This document shows positions 1 through 5,929 of a DNA stretch of 7,648 nt, in pieces; the first letter of the stretch is position 1; every line of letters begins with the position of its first letter. The position numbers were made by a program, and so were the translations under genes. This DNA is from a virus. Taxonomy: Duplodnaviria; Heunggongvirae; Uroviricota; Caudoviricetes. Where the stretch lies: IMG/VR virus record IMGVR_UViG_3300014721_000007, positions 1 to 7,648 of that record. The stretch is one strand, 5' to 3'. The notes beneath the pieces are model-generated. The model saw only the letters and a program-made list of their open reading frames with translations. It made no database searches and was not told the origin of the DNA.

Positions 1-11
1 TCACGGTCACC

Positions 12-827
12 TCAATGAACGGTATCGAGCAGCTTTAACAGCTCAGGGAATCGGGATTCGAAGAAATGCGGCTGCGTCTCGCGCGGATTTGCAGGACTGG
101 TGATGTTCTTGCCGAACATGCAGCCTTTCGCGGTCAGCGACCAGAATTTTTTGATGTTGTTAATCGCGGTACGACTGTATCGTTCGCGTTGTTCAACGAT
201 CCCCAGCTTCGCCATCTGGTGATATGCCTGATTAGCCGTCAGGCGGATACCATACTGCTTCAGCAGTGCACTCAGCGACAGCGTAGGGCGGCTTGAACCA
301 TCTGGCGCATCAGCAGGTGCATCAATGGCATAGATCGGCATAAGTTCAGGAAGACCAGCTACCTTTGATAATTTCTGGTATGCACCAAGTTTCGAGGAGT
401 TTGACAGATTTAGAGTCTTTGCTGCTGATTCAAGCAGAATGACCCCGGATTTAATTTTGTCGGATGTGGTTTCTTCTGGTGATGAATTATGAAGCGCATC
501 AAAAGTACGTATCACTTTTAAGCTGAATGCCGGGCTGATCCACATTGCATATGCATAGACCAGCTCTTTACAGACATACGTCCCACCATTGCGCCCCTGA
601 ATGGTGATGACAGGAATACTACGGGAATCTCCCGTAGTTTCTTCTTCCAATAATTCCACAAGAGCCTTCGTTTCAGGACGACGCATAAACTCGTGAACTT
701 CCAGCGAACGGGAGGAGCGATTCTCACCAGCGGCAAGAAGAGCAGCTTTCTGAAGGTCGTTAAGACAGTAGTTAGATTCGAAGTACTGGCGCACAGAAAC
801 GCCATCAATTACAAGCAACTGATTCAT
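12..827 (-). CDS. KilA-N domain protein with KilAC-like C-terminal region (antirepressor-like)
   Basis: N-terminal region ends in GTYVCKELVYAYAMWISPAFSLKVIRTFD, which fits the KilA-N signature (GTWVH..LA...A.WISP.F). C-terminal segment TLSLSALLKQYGIRLTANQAYHQMAKLGIV resembles the KilAC antirepressor domain. The track ORF starts at a GTG at 839; the in-frame ATG at 827 has a GGAG Shine-Dalgarno about 8 nt upstream and is preferred. Stop codon is at 12-14. Confidence 0.75.
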   Translation of the reverse strand: MNQLLVIDGVSVRQYFESNYCLNDLQKAALLAAGENRSSRSLEVHEFMRRPETKALVELLEEETTGDSRSIPVITIQGRNGGTYVCKELVYAYAMWISPAFSLKVIRTFDALHNSSPEETTSDKIKSGVILLESAAKTLNLSNSSKLGAYQKLSKVAGLPELMPIYAIDAPADAPDGSSRPTLSLSALLKQYGIRLTANQAYHQMAKLGIVEQRERYSRTAINNIKKFWSLTAKGCMFGKNITSPANPRETQPHFFESRFPELLKLLDTVH

Positions 828-926
828 TGGTTTCTCCACAAATTTTTATCCACGAGCGGGACTGCACTCCCTTTTCGTTGATGCAGGATGAACTTACTGC
901 GATTTTTAATAGTTATCAAGGATACA

Positions 927-942
927 CTGTTCATAAATACAG
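927..942. promoter_or_regulatory. SOS box (LexA operator) CTGTTCATAAATACAG in the intergenic region upstream of the KilA-N gene
   Basis: Perfect CTGT-N8-ACAG with an AT-rich spacer and flanking A/T (aCTGTTCATAAATACAGt). It is the only perfect CTGT-N8-ACAG found by eye in the window. It sits immediately upstream of a candidate minus-strand promoter (-35 TTGATA at + coordinates 914-919, 17-bp spacer, -10 TAAGTT at 891-896). Confidence 0.6.
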
Positions 943-989
943 TATCTTTAACGAGGTAATACCCAAATTTAGGGTGTTGCTCAATTCCG

Positions 990-1386
990 TTACCGAGTTG
1001 CTAATTTGCAACTCGCTTTTTCGTACTTACTGATAGTGATCTCGACCTTCCCCTCCGGGATAACCGGTCCCCACTCCACCAGCATTCTTTTCACCTGACT
1101 GTCGTCTTCCCACACACCCGCGTGGGTCAGGACGTCAAACAGCGCCTTGTTATAGTTGTCCAAGATCGCGGATCCGGTTATCCGGAGGAAACAACACGAT
1201 CTCCACTGATGCAGGTGCCGACGTTGGTTTTGGCAGACGACGTAACTGCTCAACTATTGCTGCACACGCCGCGCTCTGGAATTTCCGCCCCGCCGCGCTT
1301 ATCAGGCTCTTACCAGCAAACGCCCCTTTGTTGGGGTGTCGCCAGTACGTGTTCACGCTGGGCGGAAAAGGCAGGATCAGCTTCAT
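990..1386 (-). pseudogene. rusA: RusA-family Holliday junction resolvase split by a 1-nt frameshift
   Basis: ORF 1150..1386 encodes the RusA N-terminus (LPFPPSVNTYWRH, PPDNRIRDL) and ORF 990..1253, in a different frame, encodes the C-terminus (LDNYNKALFDVLTHAGVWEDDSQV). Removing one C from the CC at + 1160-1161 restores a continuous RDLDNYNK reading frame of about 128 aa. The start ATG at 1386 overlaps the upstream stop (ATGA). Confidence 0.6.
994..1021 (+). terminator. Intrinsic terminator-like hairpin oriented for + strand transcripts
   Basis: Perfect 8-bp inverted repeat CGAGTTGC (994-1001) / GCAACTCG (1008-1015) with a 6-nt loop TAATTT, followed by CTTTTT (1016-1021). On the - strand the stem is not followed by a U tract, so it is unidirectional. 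It overlaps the last codons of the rusA reading frame. Confidence 0.5.
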
Positions 1387-1709
1387 ACTTTCAGGCCTCT
1401 CTCATGTAACCAATGGGCTGCACGCAGCCTGGCGTTTTCCTCACCGGCAAGCAGTGATCGGATAATCCCGACCGCCTCGCTGTCGTCGTCCTTCACCACG
1501 GTATGAAGCGTGATCCCCCGGGCCACACCACGCTTTATCGTGATGACGCCTTTTTTCTCCAGTGCGCGAAGATGCTCCACCGCTGCATTCACTGAACGGT
1601 ATCCCAGCATGGTTGCCACCTCCTGATTGGTTGGCGGGAAGCCACGTTCTTTCTGATAAGAAATCAGCATATCCAGCACCTGCTGCTGGCATTGAGTTAA
1701 CGTCGTCAT
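1383..1709 (-). CDS. LexA N-terminal DNA-binding domain homolog lacking the S24 peptidase domain
   Basis: 108 aa. QQQVLDMLISYQKERGFPPTNQEVATMLGYRSVNAAVEHLRALEKKGVI..ARGITL parallels E. coli LexA residues about 1-70 (recognition helix NAAEEHL). An acidic stretch and VGIIRSLLAGEE align with the LexA hinge and cleavage-site region (VGRVAAGEP). There is no Ser/Lys catalytic domain. ATGA overlaps at both ends (1706-1709 and 1383-1386). Confidence 0.7.
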   Translation of the reverse strand: MTTLTQCQQQVLDMLISYQKERGFPPTNQEVATMLGYRSVNAAVEHLRALEKKGVITIKRGVARGITLHTVVKDDDSEAVGIIRSLLAGEENARLRAAHWLHERGLKV

Positions 1710-2359
1710 GCCGCCATCTCCCTGACCAGTTTTTCCGCCTGCTGGCGAACCTGCGCCAGAAACGCCTCACCACATGCCTCAAGTTCATCGCGCCCGATGT
1801 AGCTGATTGCCGGTCCCTTCCAGGTCTTGTCGAAAACAGCAATAGCACCAGCGAAGAAAGCGCCTGTCGGCACCTGCTTCTCATCTTTCGGGATAAACCA
1901 GGCAGGCAGTTCAAAACCAATACGCCCGCGAATAAAAGCAATATGATCTGCATCTTCCGGCCACCACACTTCGCTGGTGGCAGCTTTGATCAGGAAAACA
2001 TAGCGCCCGCCTTTATCACGCATGGCACTGGCATGTTTCATGATGTAACGCATGCCGGTGATGTATTGCCCCTCATGCTGACTGGCGCGGCTGTATGGGG
2101 GATTACCAAAGGCAGCACCTTTAAGCTCCGCAAGACGTTCTGACCAGTCATGCGCCAGCGCGTTGTCTTCCGCCGTGTAATACGCGGTACATTTGGCGTT
2201 ATCACCGTCAGTAAACAGATCCAGGACAAACGGGCCAAACAGGGTGTTAATTCCCCAGAAAATGTTATCCGGCGTGCGCCACTGATCGCCCACTTCCTTC
2301 AGTTCATGGGCTGGTTTGTTCCGCAGCTCCACCAGCTCCTGGCAATATTTATTACTCAT
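1706..2359 (-). CDS. Phage-type DNA N6-adenine methyltransferase (Dam family)
   Basis: Catalytic motif FGNPPYS, plus DQWRTPDNIF and DLFTDGDNAKC, typical of phage Dam-like methyltransferases. Preferred start is the ATG at 2359, which forms a TAATG overlap with the upstream stop; the track ORF extends to 2392. Confidence 0.85.
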   Translation of the reverse strand: MSNKYCQELVELRNKPAHELKEVGDQWRTPDNIFWGINTLFGPFVLDLFTDGDNAKCTAYYTAEDNALAHDWSERLAELKGAAFGNPPYSRASQHEGQYITGMRYIMKHASAMRDKGGRYVFLIKAATSEVWWPEDADHIAFIRGRIGFELPAWFIPKDEKQVPTGAFFAGAIAVFDKTWKGPAISYIGRDELEACGEAFLAQVRQQAEKLVREMAA

Positions 2360-2853
2360 TAAGCCCCCACGTAATTCCCTGACAGATACCACTCATCACC
2401 CGATACAGCGCGCTTGCTGCTTTTCCGTAAGCACCGCTCACGACGTGCCAGAAAATTGTTTCGTTCTGGCTGGGAGTGGCTTTCACGGAATGCCGCCATC
2501 CACACGGTTGCAGCACGACGGTATAAGCCCCTGGACTCCAGTTCTTCAGCCTGGCGGGTCAGGCACAAAATCACCCGGGGATCGTTAGTGCCGACATAGA
2601 AATTGCGCACAGGTCTGGTTTCACGAACTGGTTGTGGTTCCGGCTCCTGCGCTCTCTCAGTCAGGCGCGGGAAATGTCTGCGTGTATCCCCTTCACAACG
2701 GTGAGCCACACGCCCACTCTGACGTAACTTGCTTGCTGACTGCAGAACGCGCTGCCGTGAGTAACCTGCAAAAGCATCCGCAATGTCTCCGGAAGTACAC
2801 CCCGGATGGGCTTCAATGAATTTCTGAACTTCATTCAAAAGACTCATGATCAC
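2359..2853 (-). CDS. Putative regulator with a PerC-like C-terminal region
   Basis: 164 aa. C-terminal AEELESRGLYRRAATVWMAAF...RRERCLRK resembles the PerC/Pch-family motif (LE.KG.YRRAA.W ... CLRK) from memory. The N-terminal about 60 aa are unassigned. ATGA overlap with the O-like gene stop at 2850-2853. Confidence 0.5.
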   Translation of the reverse strand: MIMSLLNEVQKFIEAHPGCTSGDIADAFAGYSRQRVLQSASKLRQSGRVAHRCEGDTRRHFPRLTERAQEPEPQPVRETRPVRNFYVGTNDPRVILCLTRQAEELESRGLYRRAATVWMAAFRESHSQPERNNFLARRERCLRKSSKRAVSGDEWYLSGNYVGA

Positions 2854-3680
2854 CCCCTGAATCCTGCCGGGATCTGGCTGTAGTCCACGTTGTCGTAACT
2901 GGCTTTGAAGTACGGGTCCTCGCGTCTGGCTGCAGATACCGCAGGAACTTCCCAGGATTCTTCGAAATGACGATCCGGACCAAAGAACGTGACAGCCTGT
3001 TTCACAAATTGTGTGCCGCTGTTACCCATCGCAGATACCCAGCCCGCGTAGCGTTTCACACCTTCCAGCATGGTTTCGGGGTTTACCCCCTCATTCAAAC
3101 GGGCTTTCCAGGCTTTGAAGGCTGCAGATTTTGAATTGCCACCAGCACGTTTGGGATAGGCCAGCCATGCCTGCTCAAACTCCGGAGAGTATTCCGGTCG
3201 GTTTGAACGAACTCGCACAGACTCATCAGCAGATGCACCAACAGCTATTGGTTCATTGACTGGTTCTTTGACTGGTTCTTTGACTGGTTCAAAAGAGTGA
3301 CTGGTTCTGGGTGAATCTCCTGCACTACCCCCTGGTGCAACTCCTGCACTACCTGGTGAATTTGCTGCACCAGATAGTGAATTATTTGCACTACCCCCTA
3401 GTGAATCTCCTGCACCATCAAGATGAAGGAGATAGATATTACTTGAGTTACCTTTTTCACCTTTCCGGGTGACTTTTTTTACCAGCCCGGACTCACAAAG
3501 GGCCGCAATATGATTCATCACAGAACGTTTGCTAATCTCGCACTGGTCAGCAATATGCTGGTAGCTGGGCCAGCACTCACCCTGATCGCTGGCATTATCA
3601 GCCAGCTTGATCAGAACCAGTTTTCGCAATGGATTACCCACTCGAATTTTCATCGCTTTAACCATCAGCTCCATACTCAT
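2850..3680 (-). CDS. Replication initiator, lambda-O-like architecture (N-terminal HTH domain, repeat-encoded low-complexity linker, C-terminal domain)
   Basis: 276 aa. N-terminal winged-HTH-like region (LVLIKLADNASDQGECWPSYQHIADQCEISKRSVMNHIAALCESGLVKK), a Gly/Ser/Ala/Pro-rich linker, EPVKEPVKEPVNEP, then a C-terminal domain. The linker is encoded by DNA direct repeats, as in lambda where ori lies inside O. ATGA overlap at 3677-3680. Confidence 0.7.
   Translation of the reverse strand: MSMELMVKAMKIRVGNPLRKLVLIKLADNASDQGECWPSYQHIADQCEISKRSVMNHIAALCESGLVKKVTRKGEKGNSSNIYLLHLDGAGDSLGGSANNSLSGAANSPGSAGVAPGGSAGDSPRTSHSFEPVKEPVKEPVNEPIAVGASADESVRVRSNRPEYSPEFEQAWLAYPKRAGGNSKSAAFKAWKARLNEGVNPETMLEGVKRYAGWVSAMGNSGTQFVKQAVTFFGPDRHFEESWEVPAVSAARREDPYFKASYDNVDYSQIPAGFRG
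3256..3307. repeat. Tandem 12-bp direct repeats TTTGACTGGTTC (3 units plus a fourth degenerate copy)
   Basis: GACTGGTTC recurs at about 3258, 3270, 3282 and 3299; the first three are at a 12-bp period. They encode the EPVK repeats of the O-like protein. Confidence 0.85.
3311..3421. repeat. Five imperfect 21-24-bp iteron-like direct repeats (candidate origin iterons) with an adjacent AT-rich stretch at 3421-3480
   Basis: Units begin at 3311, 3335, 3356, 3377 and 3401, each starting GTGAA(T)/GTGCAA and containing TGCAC(T/C). GTGAATCTCCTGCAC is exact at both 3311 and 3401; CTCCTGCACTACC is exact at 3317 and 3341. Confidence 0.6.
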
Positions 3681-3901
3681 GCTGCACCTCCGAGATGCTT
3701 CATGTTTTTTCCGGAGCGAAAGGCTATAAGCGGCATACTGACGCGGTAATTACGGCCCAGCGGTTCACAAACCACCTTCTGACATTCACGGTCAACCAGG
3801 CTAACACGTAGAACATGCCCTGCAGGCGTGGTGTACCACTGACCGGGGCGAGGACAACGGAAAGTCTGATTGGTAAATCGTTTGAAAATATTCCGGATCA
3901 T
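3677..3901 (-). CDS. Hypothetical small protein (74 aa)
   Basis: ORF bracketed by ATGA start/stop overlaps with both neighbours (3898-3901 and 3677-3680), which supports translation. No family recognised. Confidence 0.45.
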   Translation of the reverse strand: MIRNIFKRFTNQTFRCPRPGQWYTTPAGHVLRVSLVDRECQKVVCEPLGRNYRVSMPLIAFRSGKNMKHLGGAA

Positions 3902-5046
3902 TTGCGCCCCCTTACCTCTGAAGAGTTCAGCGACGAATGAATAAGACGGGCAAGAAATGCCGCATCGTTAATTCGGTCATACAGACTTACAGCCAGAGGT
4001 GATTCAGCTTTTTCCAGCATGGGATAAAGCTGCTGCAACCAGACCTGATGAATTGATGAAATGTAGGAATAGAGAACGCTGGCGTTATGTGCAACGTCGC
4101 TCGGTACAGCGGGCTTTGAAAGCTGTTTCTCCATCTGGTTAAAGGCATTGATGTATGCCTCTTTGAACTGGGCAGCACGTTTACCCGTGAAACCCATAGC
4201 AAGAAACGCAAAGCCATCGCGGGTTATTTGATAGCAAGGTAGTTTGCGGCCTGAAGCGTCGGTATAACCACTTAACACAAAATTGTGTTCAGCAAATTCA
4301 GCGGAGCATTCAAGGTTTCGAATTCTATCTAAAACCCGCTCGTGCCGTTTAGTAAAGTAGTTAGCAACTGCAAGAGATGTAGTGACAGCACGACCATTGA
4401 TGATCGTGATTTCAGGGTGAACAAAGGTTGGGATCGTAGCCATAATGGCAGCCTCGGTAGCAAGCTTAAAAAACTCACCACATAAGACGCCAATCATAGA
4501 GGTGGTGAGACGTACAGAGTTGGCGTTACCGGCGGCTACCCTTACCGGCGCATCTTGCGATGCCCCTGTACGCCCCACCATAATTTGGGCGTGACAAAAT
4601 AATGCGTACAAAAAAACCGCATCTACGCGGTTGTACGCGGTAGCCTTCTCCAGGACGCCAATCCCGGCACCCGCTTTATAAGGTGCCTGAACAGTGTAAC
4701 GTCCCGGAATGGCAGAATCAATGTGCTGGTGGTCCTTCACACTCAACAAAATCACGCCTGAATTTCCACAAAGGACTAAAGCACTCATGCGGGTAGTCTT
4801 TGCGAAGATAGATAACGCGCTGTGTTTCTGGCTCCCAACGAATAACATGGACATAAAGCCCTCTTCCGTCACGAAACCAGCGGTTAAGTTCCTGCACAAC
4901 TCGCCCCCCACAGTCAGGTAAAGTTCTCTGTGGTTACTTACAGCCAGGTGATTTGGTAATCTGCATTCATGCCGTAACAACAGGTGTTCAGCGACGCTGA
5001 CCACCAGCTGTTGCGACAAACGGTTATTTGCCGTTAAACTGTTCAT
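3898..5046 (-). CDS. Rha-family phage regulatory protein with an about 200-aa N-terminal extension of unknown function
   Basis: Residues about 205-310 (INGRAVTTSLAVANYFTKRHERVLDRIRNLECS...LPCYQITRDGFAFLAMGFTGKRAAQFKEAYINAFNQME) match the Phage_pRha domain. The start ATG at 5046 forms an ATGA overlap with the upstream stop, and the frame stays open for 382 codons. Confidence 0.7.
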   Translation of the reverse strand: MNSLTANNRLSQQLVVSVAEHLLLRHECRLPNHLAVSNHRELYLTVGGELCRNLTAGFVTEEGFMSMLFVGSQKHSALSIFAKTTRMSALVLCGNSGVILLSVKDHQHIDSAIPGRYTVQAPYKAGAGIGVLEKATAYNRVDAVFLYALFCHAQIMVGRTGASQDAPVRVAAGNANSVRLTTSMIGVLCGEFFKLATEAAIMATIPTFVHPEITIINGRAVTTSLAVANYFTKRHERVLDRIRNLECSAEFAEHNFVLSGYTDASGRKLPCYQITRDGFAFLAMGFTGKRAAQFKEAYINAFNQMEKQLSKPAVPSDVAHNASVLYSYISSIHQVWLQQLYPMLEKAESPLAVSLYDRINDAAFLARLIHSSLNSSEVRGRK

Positions 5047-5639
5047 GCGTTAGTTTCTCCACAGACACAAAACGCCACGACGCCCGGAGCTGCACACTCG
5101 CGGGCGTCACTCTTTTCTGGAGCGCAAAAGATTTTGTAGACCAGTGCTGCATGCTCCTGGAGCTTCGAAATTGACAGATACAACTCATCATTAATTGCTG
5201 TCTGCTCGTGTGGCTCCACTACCCCATCTTCGATTGCCGAACGAATCTGCTTTGAGTAACTCCCGATCTGTTCGATGACTTCCAGCAGGCGCTGGTTTAT
5301 ATCGGCGTTCTCTACTTCCTCAATTTCAGGAAGCGATACAAACACCCCACCAGCAGACTGTGCGACAGCATCCGCAATGTAGTGAGTGCCAGCCGCGCGC
5401 TGTAAAATCATTGCCCATCCCAGCGGGAAAATCTGATCGCCATCTGCACGAAGGCGGTTGAATAAAGCGTTCTCTGTTACATCCAGCCACTCAGCAGCTT
5501 CAGCGTAACCCCCCGGCAACGCCGCGATAGTTTTTCTGACAGCTTTCACGTACCACTCAGGCTGTTTTTCTACTTTCCAGTGATGCTTACCCACGGTTAG
5601 CCTCATCGTTCTGTGGTTTCTGTTAATCGATTTATCCAT
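5043..5639 (-). CDS. Putative CII-like / YdaT-family regulatory protein
   Basis: Sits directly downstream of the Cro-like gene. HTH-like segment GGYAEAAEWLDVTENALFNRLRADGDQ. The ATG at 5639 overlaps the cro stop (ATGGATAA) and is preferred; alternative starts are the GTG at 5708 and the ATGs at 5651 and 5606. Family assignment is from memory only. Confidence 0.45.
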   Translation of the reverse strand: MDKSINRNHRTMRLTVGKHHWKVEKQPEWYVKAVRKTIAALPGGYAEAAEWLDVTENALFNRLRADGDQIFPLGWAMILQRAAGTHYIADAVAQSAGGVFVSLPEIEEVENADINQRLLEVIEQIGSYSKQIRSAIEDGVVEPHEQTAINDELYLSISKLQEHAALVYKIFCAPEKSDARECAAPGVVAFCVCGETNA

Positions 5640-5832
5640 TAGATTTTTCATAAAGCTCAGGTTTAAATGGCAACCGTCCGCAAGTTCTATATGCAGCTTC
5701 TGCTGCACGTCCTTTTGGAATTAACTGGCCCGGACGGTTTCGCCACTGATAAACGGCTTCAGTTGTTATGCCGAAAAAAGCAGCAACTTTCTCAATACTG
5801 CCGAAGTAGCTTTCGATATCGTCAGTTGTCAT
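5632..5832 (-). CDS. Cro-like (YdaS-type) HTH repressor
   Basis: 66 aa, divergent from the CI-like gene. Motif LA..LGVS..AVSQW-like segment (VAAFFGITTEAVYQWRNRPGQLIP). GGAGG Shine-Dalgarno 4-5 nt upstream of the ATG at 5832. Confidence 0.75.
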   Translation of the reverse strand: MTTDDIESYFGSIEKVAAFFGITTEAVYQWRNRPGQLIPKGRAAEAAYRTCGRLPFKPELYEKSNG

Positions 5833-5929
5833 ACGCCCTCCAAACTAAGTTTTATTAGATGCTAATTACAAATCTATCTTTGGTCAATAAAAACTAAGAT
5901 TACTTAGCAATTCAAGAAATGGTGCTCCT
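5833..5929. promoter_or_regulatory. Divergent cI/cro promoter-operator region (OR-like)
   Basis: 97-bp AT-rich intergenic region between divergent repressor genes. Contains the inverted repeat CTAAGATTACTTAG (5894-5907), the related CTAAGTTTTATTAG (5845-5858) and TTAGATGCTAA (5855-5865). Exact -35/-10 elements could not be fixed by eye. Confidence 0.6.

Noticed and set aside
518-808. Minus-strand ORF 518..808 (96 aa) inside the KilA-N gene in another frame; likewise 2038..2238 and 3987..4217
   Set aside because: Fully nested in alternative frames of well-supported genes, with no independent evidence.
827-1033. + strand ORF 827..1033 (68 aa)
   Set aside because: It spans the SOS box and the terminator hairpin and has no Shine-Dalgarno. 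The region is better explained as regulatory or noncoding.
1170-1175. GGATCC immediately beside the rusA frameshift as a sign of a cloning or engineering junction
   Set aside because: A single 6-bp site is expected by chance at this sequence length, and the flanking sequence is continuous rusA coding sequence.
1441-1953. Minus-strand ORF 1441..1953 (170 aa, Arg/Ser-rich)
   Set aside because: Out-of-frame overlap with the LexA-like and methylase genes. Its composition looks like a non-coding translation.
66-2143. + strand ORFs overlapping minus-strand genes (66..296, 693..881, 1122..1409, 1562..2143, and similarly 2150..2362, 2316..2588, 2414..2599, 2634..2819, 3510..3749, 4709..4921, 5667..5858)
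   Set aside because: They lie antisense to ORFs with clear family signatures or start/stop-overlap support, have no convincing ribosome binding sites, and their translations are low-complexity. Treated as shadow ORFs.
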